This document shows positions 42,144 to 51,306 of a stretch of DNA of 64,000 nucleotides, piece after piece. This DNA comes from Candidatus Omnitrophota bacterium (lineage in GTDB: Bacteria > Omnitrophota > Gorgyraeia > Gygaellales > Profunditerraquicolaceae): contig JAPLLX010000006.1 in assembly GCA_026387335.1 (NCBI GenBank), positions 125,702-189,701 of the forward strand, given 5' to 3'. Under the pieces are notes generated by a model that ran no database searches, was not told where the DNA came from, and worked only from the letters and a program-made list of their open reading frames with translations. Each line of letters starts with the position of its first letter. The first letter of the stretch is position 1. Both the position numbers and the translations under genes were made by a program.

Positions 42144-43259
42144 CTACTCAAAAATACGTTTTTTTGCTTCTTGGACATATTCCTTAAAGATCGGATCACT
42201 TTTTGCTTTTTTCAATACTTCCCTGGCTAGATCAACGGAACAAGAATCGCGTATTTGTAAAACCTTATTGAAATTTACACCTTTAGTGGCCTCTGTTTGG
42301 ACTTCATTACTGCTGTAATTTCTCCAACATTGCCTGCATTGAGCACAGCCCGGATCATGCTTACAAAATCGGTATTTATTTTTTAGTCCTTCCTGGATGT
42401 CTCCTATTATATATTTTTCTTTATCTTTGGAATTGATCAAAAAGGGAGAAAAGGCCAGCGTGCCATCCGGATGGACCTCCAGACTCCCAAAAAATGGACA
42501 CTCTTTATCCCGGCTACTTATTCTTTTATCTTTTAGTTCGCGGTTGACCGTATTGAGAAAGATAAAATTCCCTCTCTTAATATTAGCATATATATATTGC
42601 CTTAATTTAACCATTCCTTTTTGGAAACACTCTTTTTGCTTTATACTCCAGCTAAATCGCCGGCTACAGATAGGCTCGATATTAATACTGCTAAACCCTA
42701 AATCCGTTAAATAGAGCAAATTATTGTATATTTTATCCGCTAAAGCGGGCAATACCCCGAATAAGGCACAAAGTTTTTCTTGTTTTATATTCTTTAAAGC
42801 CAGGGGGAGCTTGTTCAATACAGCGTCAAACGAACCCTTTTGATTGCCAAAAACCCTATTTTTATCGTGATAGTCTTTACGGCCATCCAAACTAATGGCT
42901 AATCCTATTTTGGCCTTTTTGAAAAAGCTTAATTGTCGCTGATTCAATAAAATTCCATTTGTGCCCAAAGAGATGCTTAAAGACTTCTTAACCGATCTTG
43001 CTCTTTTTTGGGCAAAGTTTATTATTCTTTTAACGAGCTTGAATTTTAAAAGAGGTTCGCCTCCGTAGAGCATAAGTAGTTTTTGATTACCCGGTGAATT
43101 TAAAAACAGGGTTATTGCTTTAATGGCGACCGGATAGGTTATTGTTTGGTTGTTTTTATACACAAAACAATAGCGGCAATCTAAAATACACTCAGTGGTG
43201 ACGGTTAACCTCAGAAGATAGATCTCTTTGTTAAATTGGACGGGTAAATTAGTCAACAT
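42144..43259 (-). CDS. Radical SAM/SPASM-domain peptide-modifying-type enzyme (anSME/PqqE-like architecture)
   Basis: CILDCRYC motif, LYGGEPLL, and a C-terminal auxiliary-cluster region CPFFGS...CKHDPGCAQCRQC. Confidence 0.85.
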   Translation of the reverse strand: MLTNLPVQFNKEIYLLRLTVTTECILDCRYCFVYKNNQTITYPVAIKAITLFLNSPGNQKLLMLYGGEPLLKFKLVKRIINFAQKRARSVKKSLSISLGTNGILLNQRQLSFFKKAKIGLAISLDGRKDYHDKNRVFGNQKGSFDAVLNKLPLALKNIKQEKLCALFGVLPALADKIYNNLLYLTDLGFSSINIEPICSRRFSWSIKQKECFQKGMVKLRQYIYANIKRGNFIFLNTVNRELKDKRISSRDKECPFFGSLEVHPDGTLAFSPFLINSKDKEKYIIGDIQEGLKNKYRFCKHDPGCAQCRQCWRNYSSNEVQTEATKGVNFNKVLQIRDSCSVDLAREVLKKAKSDPIFKEYVQEAKKRIFE

Positions 43260-43268
43260 ATTGTTTTG

Positions 43269-44120
43269 TCAAGCAGCCATTTTCCGGCAATCCCTGCAGA
43301 GTTTTGTTTTCCAAAATCTCAGTTTTCTCTTTTCTTTATACCTCAGAGCGTCTAAAGGACTTAAAAAGAATTTCCCTTTGAATCTTTTGTTTAAATCAAC
43401 AGGACAGGCGTATTCATAGCCATCCCATCCGATAAATGCATAGTTATCAAACAAAAACGAACAGCAAAAAACCGGATTTGCCGAACAAAAATAACCGAAT
43501 ATTCTTTTGTTCACGCTAGATTTTGGCCTAAGGCTAGAAAAATGATTTGCGGGTTTCCCCCGGTCAGCAAAAGGCACCAGGTTGACTAAGGCCTTCCGGC
43601 TGCTCCAATATTGGATGATTTTACTTTCCTCTTTAAGGTTTAGATTAGTGACTACTATATTTATCCTGACCTGAATATTACTTTTTGCATCCAGCAAAGA
43701 GTCGATATTCCTTTTAACCTGGTTAAACCGCGAACCCAAGCACATTTTTTCGTATATTTCCCTCTTTAAACTGGGGAAATTAATATCTACGCGATCAACC
43801 CGGGAATCTATAAATTGCTCCCTGATTTTGCTATCCATCAATAGACCGTTCGTAGAAATGCCCACCCGCAGGCCCTTGCGTTTTGCATATTTAATAATTT
43901 CCATCAAATGGCCGTGCAGCAGCGGCTCACCCAAACCACACAGATATATACCCTCATATTTATCGCTACTTAACCTGGAAATGATCTTTTGGCATAAGAG
44001 ATAATCCATCGCCCCGATATTAAATAATTTCTCCCGCGGGCAAAAAACACAGTTTAGATTACATTCATTAGTTATCTCGATCTCCGCTATTTTAGGGACA
44101 TTCATATTTAGTTTCCGCAT
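43269..44120 (-). CDS. Radical SAM protein (small, with C-terminal Cys-rich twitch-like region)
   Basis: ITNECNLNCVFCPRE; LCGLGEPLLH; C-terminal CCSF...YACPVD...CRDCRKM. Confidence 0.8.
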   Translation of the reverse strand: MRKLNMNVPKIAEIEITNECNLNCVFCPREKLFNIGAMDYLLCQKIISRLSSDKYEGIYLCGLGEPLLHGHLMEIIKYAKRKGLRVGISTNGLLMDSKIREQFIDSRVDRVDINFPSLKREIYEKMCLGSRFNQVKRNIDSLLDAKSNIQVRINIVVTNLNLKEESKIIQYWSSRKALVNLVPFADRGKPANHFSSLRPKSSVNKRIFGYFCSANPVFCCSFLFDNYAFIGWDGYEYACPVDLNKRFKGKFFLSPLDALRYKEKRKLRFWKTKLCRDCRKMAA

Positions 44121-44133
44121 AGATCCAACAGGG

Positions 44134-45687
44134 CTACTTTCGGCAAACGCCGATTAATGTTGTATAATCACTGCCTGATTTAAATCCTTCAATAACATCT
44201 TTATTTTGCCCGAAAATTTCAAAGTCACCGAAATTTCCCAATAATTTCCTAAATTCAAGGTAAGAATACTCTCTCTTATGAAAAGGATTTTCCGGGTAGA
44301 ATCTATCCCGGCGGGCATTTAAAGGAGTGGAAATCAAAAAAAATGCGCTGCGTTTCATCAATTCTAAAACTTTCTTCAGGAAAATAGCGGCGAACTTATA
44401 TTTATGATGTTCTATAAACTCAAAAGCAATTATTGTGTCAAACGTTTTAGGATGATTGAAGGAAAAAAAATCGCTGTTCTGAAAACGCGATTTTCGGGTT
44501 AAGTAGTTTTTATTCGCGAAATCTATGGCCTCTTTAGAGATGTCTATGCCGGTAAGCGAAGAATATAAACTGGCGTTTAATTCCCGTAATCCGTATCCTG
44601 TCCCGCAGCCGATATCTAAAACCTTTCCCTTAATATATTTATTGGCGAATCTATACCTGGCGATATGCTCGGGTATAATTCCCCGGAGAAAAGTAGCAGA
44701 GTGTAAAATGGGGTCGATTCTTTCCTGATAAATTATTTTTTTTAGTCCGGATAAAATTTTGTTTTTCCCGTTTAAATGATGCCTGCGGGAATCTTTAATG
44801 ACCACAACTTTGCCAGCGGTATAATCTAAATCAAATTGCCACTTGGCCTCACCTTTCAGATGGGTAGCTGGATCCTTGAGCCTACGCAATTGTTCAGGTA
44901 TATACTCAAATAGTTTATCGTTCTCCCACTTCTCCTTGAACAAGCAGAAACCTTTTCTTAAATCCGCCAGCCTCTTATTCATATCTTTATAAGAACTGCC
45001 GTTGTAATGATAGACGAACAGATTCTTACAGACTCCGACCTGAAACCCGGATTTTATCAGTCTAAAACAGAGATCTATGTCGTCAAAGTAGCCCGCTGGC
45101 GACACCTTAAATAATTCATCGAAATATCCGCACTTTTTAAACACTGACCTTTTAACAACCATACAGGCGCCAAAAATATAAGGGGAACCTTGAAAACCAT
45201 TTTCCCCTTCCTTATCCAGCAAGTGATTTATTTGGTTTACTTTATTTTCTAACCGGCTACCGGCTAGGCCCGTTGATTTAAATTGTAGGTATTGGTGGGG
45301 GTTGATTGAATCATTAAAGAGCGGCCCTAGAGCGGCGACCCGCGCAGAATAATAAAATCCTCGGATTATTTTTCTTACCCAATTATCCGGTAAGACCACA
45401 TCATTGTCGATTATGGCCACCACCCGGGCTTTAGACGCTTTAATTCCTAAATTTACACTCTTGGTCCTGCCTAAATTTGTATTATTCGTAATGCAGATTA
45501 TATTCTTTTCTTTTTTTAACCTTTCCAGGTAATTAATCAAAGCGGCTTCGCTGGAGGCGTCGTTGATTATTATAATTCTGTAAGGGCAACGCGTAGACCT
45601 AAAGATAGAACTAATGCATCTTTTAGTTAATAAATAATTATTATAAACGGGGACTATAATGTCTATTGGGGTTACGCTGGCAAACAT
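44134..45687 (-). CDS. GT2 glycosyltransferase fused to a class-I SAM-dependent methyltransferase
   Basis: N-terminal IDIIVPVYNN ... IIINDASS ... IDNDV (GT-A fold, DxD); C-terminal VLDIGCGTGYGLREL (motif I of a Rossmann-fold MTase). Confidence 0.8.
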   Translation of the reverse strand: MFASVTPIDIIVPVYNNYLLTKRCISSIFRSTRCPYRIIIINDASSEAALINYLERLKKEKNIICITNNTNLGRTKSVNLGIKASKARVVAIIDNDVVLPDNWVRKIIRGFYYSARVAALGPLFNDSINPHQYLQFKSTGLAGSRLENKVNQINHLLDKEGENGFQGSPYIFGACMVVKRSVFKKCGYFDELFKVSPAGYFDDIDLCFRLIKSGFQVGVCKNLFVYHYNGSSYKDMNKRLADLRKGFCLFKEKWENDKLFEYIPEQLRRLKDPATHLKGEAKWQFDLDYTAGKVVVIKDSRRHHLNGKNKILSGLKKIIYQERIDPILHSATFLRGIIPEHIARYRFANKYIKGKVLDIGCGTGYGLRELNASLYSSLTGIDISKEAIDFANKNYLTRKSRFQNSDFFSFNHPKTFDTIIAFEFIEHHKYKFAAIFLKKVLELMKRSAFFLISTPLNARRDRFYPENPFHKREYSYLEFRKLLGNFGDFEIFGQNKDVIEGFKSGSDYTTLIGVCRK

Positions 45688-45704
45688 ATTATCATTCCTT
45701 AGGA

Positions 45705-47684
45705 TTAATCGGGATACCGGACATTTATATTTAAAGCCTTTAGAAACCCCCGGACTTTTATCACCTTTCCCGCTTGCAATCCGTTACTCCCTCTCCCATT
45801 TTCATTATCTAGATAGCTGTCGACGTCAACGCGGATAGAATCTAATCCTGATTTCTTAAGTGACTTAAGTAGCCCGAATGAAATATGCGCGAGGCTCTCC
45901 ACTCTAGTTTGAAAAGACCAAGGGAAAGAATAAATTTTCCCGTTCTTTATCTCAACTGAAAGCTTAGCCACAAATTCCTTCGCCCGGGTCGCATCTTTAA
46001 GAAAATCATCTTCAATAAAATCTACATATTTATCATCAACATACAAAAATAGATCCTTAATCTTATTTATTATGGTCTGCGCAGTATTATTCCCGGTTTG
46101 TATGCGGGCTATCCGGTATTTGGAAAAATACTCTGATAATAAATAATGCGGTAAAGGACGGAAAATCCGCTTAGCCTTTAATAACTGGCCCGCTTTGCTC
46201 CCCAAGGAACCCTCGACAACAACAGGTATAGCGAACCGGGATTTAATGCGCCGGGCTAACCTTTTGATTTCTTCAATTTGAGCAGGCTCGCCTCCGACAA
46301 GACCGATACGAATCAATTTATTTTTTCCGGCTAATTCTATGATTTTTCTGGATAAATGAGGCTCCTGCCTGGCATCGAGAATTTTAACTTTTATATTATT
46401 TCTTACTAACGGTTCCGCTAATTCCAAAAGCTCTAAAGGATAAACAGAGGCATCATTTTCCTTTCCGGAAGCCAGATAGATCAACAACACATCAACAGGG
46501 CCTGGCGGGACTGTTTTGGCTATGGAATCAAAAATCGTTTTAGGTTGATAGGCAAGTTCGATTTTCGTCTTTAATTTATCTTGTTCTCTAATTAAATTCT
46601 CCATCCGCATGATAACCGACGTCCTGTACATAATTTCCGAACAGGGAACCTTACCGCCTAAATCATACGCCTTGGTGCCTTCCCTGTCTGAATAGTAGAA
46701 ACAACTCATTAAATCAAAATGCCCGAACAACGAGAATAGACTGTTAAAGTCTTTCCGGCTCTCCCCCGGAAAGCCATAAATCAAGTGCGTCCTCAGATCG
46801 ATTTTCTGGTTTATCCTTTTGATATCGGCTAAAATATTTAGAACGGCGTTAATATTATAGCTCCTGTTCATTAGCTTAAGCAAACGGGCAGAAACTGTCT
46901 GAATCGGAACATTCAGAGAGTCAATTTTTTTAAAGACGTTTTTATCGATATGGGGGTACAATTTTAGCAGCCGGTTAGGCTCAAAATATAAAATTCCCAA
47001 AGAATCAAAACTATCCCCGAGCTCGCCGCATAATAAATTCAAAAGCTCGGCAAAATTAGTCTTGATGTCTAAACCGTAACTACCGCAATCATCAGCCAAT
47101 AAGAAAAACTTTCTTAATCCGGATTTTATCCCCAGTTTAAACTCACGCAGTATCTGTTCCGGAGCTTTACTTTCAATATTTCCCTTGGCTTTTTTGATTA
47201 TGCAATATGAGCAATTATTAACGCACCCCTGGCCGATCTGTATATAGCCATACTCCAACTCTCCAATACGATCGGAGCAAAAATATTTGTTCAGCTTGCC
47301 CGTATAGACATCTTCCATTTTTATTTTTGCTGAAAAAATCTCGTCAAATTTCGTTAGCTCTTTCGGACCTACGGCGATTATCCTTTTATCCCGGGGGAGG
47401 TCTCGGTTGATTTTAGGAAGGCATCCACAGACTATTATCTGTTTTTTAGACGCAAATCTTTCTATCAAGGGCTCTAGTAAAGACAACGCTTCGTTTTCGC
47501 GCCTTTTATCAAAAGCGCAGGTAGTAATAATAATAAAATCGGCTTCTTCCGGATTATCAACTATCCAAAAACCGTTTCTTTCGAAGAAAGAATACAACTG
47601 GCTTCCTAAATAGGCGTTAGTCTTGCAGAATTTAAAACTAGTGGTTAAATAAACCTTATTAATTTTTGTTTTTCGCATAATCAA
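45705..47684 (-). CDS. MiaB-like (methylthiotransferase N-domain) radical SAM protein with an extra C-terminal Rossmann/B12-binding-like domain
   Basis: N-terminal MTTase-like block (ADFIIITTCAF), rSAM motif GCVNNCSYC, then about 280 extra residues including VDVLLIYLAS...KVKILDARQEP. Confidence 0.7.
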   Translation of the reverse strand: MIMRKTKINKVYLTTSFKFCKTNAYLGSQLYSFFERNGFWIVDNPEEADFIIITTCAFDKRRENEALSLLEPLIERFASKKQIIVCGCLPKINRDLPRDKRIIAVGPKELTKFDEIFSAKIKMEDVYTGKLNKYFCSDRIGELEYGYIQIGQGCVNNCSYCIIKKAKGNIESKAPEQILREFKLGIKSGLRKFFLLADDCGSYGLDIKTNFAELLNLLCGELGDSFDSLGILYFEPNRLLKLYPHIDKNVFKKIDSLNVPIQTVSARLLKLMNRSYNINAVLNILADIKRINQKIDLRTHLIYGFPGESRKDFNSLFSLFGHFDLMSCFYYSDREGTKAYDLGGKVPCSEIMYRTSVIMRMENLIREQDKLKTKIELAYQPKTIFDSIAKTVPPGPVDVLLIYLASGKENDASVYPLELLELAEPLVRNNIKVKILDARQEPHLSRKIIELAGKNKLIRIGLVGGEPAQIEEIKRLARRIKSRFAIPVVVEGSLGSKAGQLLKAKRIFRPLPHYLLSEYFSKYRIARIQTGNNTAQTIINKIKDLFLYVDDKYVDFIEDDFLKDATRAKEFVAKLSVEIKNGKIYSFPWSFQTRVESLAHISFGLLKSLKKSGLDSIRVDVDSYLDNENGRGSNGLQAGKVIKVRGFLKALNINVRYPD

Positions 47685-48486
47685 AAAAATACTGGTAACG
47701 CCGGCAACCCGTAGAATCCATTGCCCACTTTTTGTATATTTTGCTTATCTTGGCCTGAATTTTTCTGCGTTTGATTGTTTTATTTACGTAGTAAACAAGA
47801 AGGGCCAGCCTTTCTTCTTCATTCATGCCGGCTAATAGAGAATTTTGATGATTACGCTTTAAATAGAGAAGTTTATTAATTGTTTTAATCCTTCCGACCT
47901 CCTCCATTCTTATGAATAGATCCACGTCTTCGATATAACCAAACCGTTTCCTAAATCTTAGCCAACCGATTTTTTCTAAGTACCCCCTATTAAGCAAATA
48001 CGGCTGGCTCACATTTCCAGGATTTAGCGGTAATCCAAATTTCTTAAGGCGTAAAGGCACGCTGAATTTACCGCCTAAAATATGCGGGCTTAACTGCTTC
48101 CAAGAAACAATATTTTCTTCTATTTCATAAGAACAACCGCGGGCAATCGCGAAATTTTTATTTTTCTCTATAAAATCAGTGAACTCTTCCACGCAACCAG
48201 GCATAAGCATATCGTCATCGTCAAGAGGCAGGATATATTTTAAACGGGTAAGCTTAAAAAGCCTTTGCCTAGTGACACCTATACCGCATTTTTTCTGGGA
48301 GTATCTCCTTATTTTACCTTGGCCTTTGAATCTACTGATTATTTCCTCTATGCGTTGCTTTTCAACAGGAGTCGGCCCATCAAGCAAGATCACCAATTCC
48401 CAATTATTGCTAGTTTGATCAATTACGCTTTTAATTGCCGGAAAAAGGAATCTACTCCTGGTTACGGGCATCTGTACGGATATCAT
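47659..48486 (-). CDS. GT2 family glycosyltransferase
   Basis: 275 aa; PVTRSRFLFPAIKSV ... VILLDGPT ... PLDDDDML (DxD). Confidence 0.75.
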   Translation of the reverse strand: MISVQMPVTRSRFLFPAIKSVIDQTSNNWELVILLDGPTPVEKQRIEEIISRFKGQGKIRRYSQKKCGIGVTRQRLFKLTRLKYILPLDDDDMLMPGCVEEFTDFIEKNKNFAIARGCSYEIEENIVSWKQLSPHILGGKFSVPLRLKKFGLPLNPGNVSQPYLLNRGYLEKIGWLRFRKRFGYIEDVDLFIRMEEVGRIKTINKLLYLKRNHQNSLLAGMNEEERLALLVYYVNKTIKRRKIQAKISKIYKKWAMDSTGCRRYQYFFDYAKNKN

Positions 48487-49549
48487 CGCACGCCTCTAAA
48501 ATTAAGGTTTTATCCAAGGATGCTAAATTCAACGGGTCTATTTTCCTCCGCCTGACCCGGCTTTTCATTTCTTTCAGCCACCCATTGTATTTAAATTTAT
48601 TGGCCAAATACAGGCTTAATCCGTCAAGGTCGCGGTTATTTAGATAATACAATCTTGCCCAAAATGATTTATCGCTTCCGCTCCAAAGAGAAAAGAAGTT
48701 TCCCTTAAATTTCCCTTTCATATAAGTTTGGAGAAAAAATAAATTATCTTCCCGGCTGCGCACCCTGCCGTTAAGCTTAAACGATTTAACCCCTAAATCC
48801 CGGTAGAATTCTAAATCCTCCGGCCGTATACAGGGAGAGGTTAAGATATAATTAACATCCGTGATCATCTTTCTTATGCATTCCCGCTTAAAATAATCCC
48901 GGTCAAAGAACCGACTCTTATTGAAGAGCCCGACAAAGTAATAGTGATCTTTATTAAATGCGCAATTGTATAAGCAATCACTATTTACAATCAATTTAAT
49001 CTCTAGTCCCATTTTTTTAGATAACTTAAGCAGGCGTTTAAGATTAGGCACCTCTCTATTGACATCAATGGAAGGCGTAAGCATATTAATTTTATAATCC
49101 CTTAGCTGCGCCAGTTGCGCTGAATTCTTAATGTTAGCTACGGTGGAAATATTCAATTTATGGTCCCTGAACTTACGCGTAACAATATCCATCAGGCTTA
49201 GGCTGCTGACAGAGAGCTCATCCACCCCCAAGCCAAAGATCATCTTAATAAAATCAATTAACTCATTTTTCTTTTTCGGGTCGGTCTCAAATCTATGCAT
49301 GAAAGGAGAATTCAGGGTATATTCAAATACAAAACCAAGTTTATGCAGATAGGTTAGGTAACCTTTAAGTTTCCTGGGAGAGACTGACGGTAAGTTAAAT
49401 GGCGACCTGGCTGACGGCCAGACAGATGGATTAAGGCAGCCGTAAAAGGTTTTCACCCTTATTAGCTTATTTTTGAATTTCGCATTCAAATTTACTATAG
49501 CCTCAACTTCATCCTTGTTAAAGCTGGCTGGATAACTAAAATTTACCAT
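48452..49549 (-). CDS. Possible peptidase-U32-family protein (the U32 family includes O2-independent Fe-S hydroxylases); assignment tentative
   Basis: 365 aa; loose resemblance to U32 TIM-barrel proteins and a four-Cys cluster (CLYNC ... ECIRK ... SPCIRP). Confidence 0.35.
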   Translation of the reverse strand: MVNFSYPASFNKDEVEAIVNLNAKFKNKLIRVKTFYGCLNPSVWPSARSPFNLPSVSPRKLKGYLTYLHKLGFVFEYTLNSPFMHRFETDPKKKNELIDFIKMIFGLGVDELSVSSLSLMDIVTRKFRDHKLNISTVANIKNSAQLAQLRDYKINMLTPSIDVNREVPNLKRLLKLSKKMGLEIKLIVNSDCLYNCAFNKDHYYFVGLFNKSRFFDRDYFKRECIRKMITDVNYILTSPCIRPEDLEFYRDLGVKSFKLNGRVRSREDNLFFLQTYMKGKFKGNFFSLWSGSDKSFWARLYYLNNRDLDGLSLYLANKFKYNGWLKEMKSRVRRRKIDPLNLASLDKTLILEACDDIRTDARNQE

Positions 49550-49704
49550 TATTTCCCCGGAATTAGCTTCTTTTTGGTATTATATTCTGTCTTCCGGCAA
49601 TCCGCAAGCACTTTCAATCCAGCAAAATAAATTGAAATCGGAAAGTTAATATGGTTTAATAAGCAAGAGAGTTCGATACACTCTTCTAAAAACCTTACCT
49701 AAAT

Positions 49705-51306
49705 ATGGCTATATTCGGCTTTAGTGAAGACAATCCCGGTTTACTCGACAGAATGACCGGTTATCTTAAGGGACAAAAACCGGGCAAGGCTTATAAATTT
49801 TGCGCTAAAAATATTTGCCTGGCCTATGCGGATAAACTTCATAACGGCGATCCCAGAAATAACTTTGCTGTTTGCGATGGCAAAAAAACAATTGCGCTTA
49901 TTCTGGAGGGCCATATTTATAATACCCGGGATTTTGCGGCTGAATCAATCATTTGGCTATATAAAGAATACGGCTTAGATTTCATTAAGCGCCTGGAAGG
50001 AGAATTTACGTTTGTGCTCTATGATAGCCTGGCAGGTAAATTGATTTTTTACCGGGATGAATTTGGAACAAAACCTCTGTATTACTCTTATAAGAACGGA
50101 AAAATAATTTTTGCTTCAGAAATAAAAGCGATCTTCCGCCACCCCCTCAAACGAGAATTTAACCTTGAGGCGCTCGTTGAGCAATCAATATTAGGATTTA
50201 CTTATAACGATAAAACTATATTTTCCGGAATTTATTCCCTGCCGGCCGGCATTCCTACTCTATTCGACCTAAAGACACAAGCTTTTTCCTACCCCTCCTA
50301 TCGCCCTAAAAAAGGCTCTCGGAAAAATAATTTAACCGAGCTAGAAATTATCCAAAGGACAGAGAAACTAATCGTTGAATCTAGCCAGCGTAAGATTGCT
50401 TCGGAAAAAGAGATCGGCTTATATTTATCGGGAGGAGTAGATTCAACTTTAATCGCGGATATAATCCGGAACAATAAAATACGCGTAAACGCGTATTCCC
50501 TAAAGGGCCAAAAAAACCGCGCAGACTTATTTTATGCCGCAAAAAACGCTCAAAAATACGGTTTTCAGCATCAGATAATCGCAATAAAGGAAACCGAGGC
50601 TTTGCGTTTTTTACCCGCGGCTTGTTACCACGTTGAAAATATCTGGTTTCAGATGGCTAAAGTATACCTTTTTCTTCATAAAATAAAGGGTAATCAGCGG
50701 GTGAATTTATGGGGTATCGGCACTGAAGAATTCTTTAAAGGATTGGCTTCGCATATAAATCAGGAGGGATTCAGGAACTATTTAACCAATAGAATAACCA
50801 AAAAATACCCCCAGGCAAAGATAGTTCTTCCCTGGGCCCAAGAAATGCTTAGGCATCCGGCAAAGATAATGTTTGATGAAATTGCGCTGCGCACTCTTCT
50901 CTACCAAATAAGACTAATTTACCAGGTTTCGGCAAGTGTTAATCAAGAAGCGCGTTTTCCATACCTCTCTCAGAAAATAAGGAATTTCCTGGAACAAATA
51001 CCCCAAAAATTACATACTCAGAATGCTAACCCAAAATATATCATCCGGCAGATCGCCAAGACGCGAGGATTAAAATATAACAACAGGTTTAAATTAGGAT
51101 TTGATACCTCTTTGGATATGGAAGTTACTGCCAAATCCCTAAGGGAATTGTTTCCAAAAATAAAACCTAAACTAAAAAATCTAAAATTGTTTTCCGGTTT
51201 AAAATTTAACGCGGAGGAGATAATCTGTTTGGATATCTTAGACCGGGTAATGCTCAAAGAGACAAATCATTATAGCCAAGATTTACAAACAATATACCGG
51301 ATTTAA
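49705..51306 (+). CDS. Asparagine synthetase B-like amidotransferase lacking the N-terminal Cys nucleophile
   Basis: 533 aa; Ntn-glutaminase-like N-domain but MAIFGF instead of MCG(I/F); PP-loop SGGVDSTLIA in the synthetase domain. It is the only plus-strand gene in the accessory block, and a candidate promoter TTGAAA-N16-TTTAAT lies at 49633-49660. Confidence 0.8.
   Translation: MAIFGFSEDNPGLLDRMTGYLKGQKPGKAYKFCAKNICLAYADKLHNGDPRNNFAVCDGKKTIALILEGHIYNTRDFAAESIIWLYKEYGLDFIKRLEGEFTFVLYDSLAGKLIFYRDEFGTKPLYYSYKNGKIIFASEIKAIFRHPLKREFNLEALVEQSILGFTYNDKTIFSGIYSLPAGIPTLFDLKTQAFSYPSYRPKKGSRKNNLTELEIIQRTEKLIVESSQRKIASEKEIGLYLSGGVDSTLIADIIRNNKIRVNAYSLKGQKNRADLFYAAKNAQKYGFQHQIIAIKETEALRFLPAACYHVENIWFQMAKVYLFLHKIKGNQRVNLWGIGTEEFFKGLASHINQEGFRNYLTNRITKKYPQAKIVLPWAQEMLRHPAKIMFDEIALRTLLYQIRLIYQVSASVNQEARFPYLSQKIRNFLEQIPQKLHTQNANPKYIIRQIAKTRGLKYNNRFKLGFDTSLDMEVTAKSLRELFPKIKPKLKNLKLFSGLKFNAEEIICLDILDRVMLKETNHYSQDLQTIYRI

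Noticed and set aside
41209-51306. Lasso-peptide cluster hypothesis (AsnB-like cyclase plus unknown proteins as B-type peptidase)
   Set aside because: No recognisable transglutaminase-like Cys-His-Asp protease or short precursor with a Gly1/Asp-Glu8-9 core was found. The AsnB-like gene is on the opposite strand, far from the candidate partner ORFs. It is left as an open possibility rather than a call.
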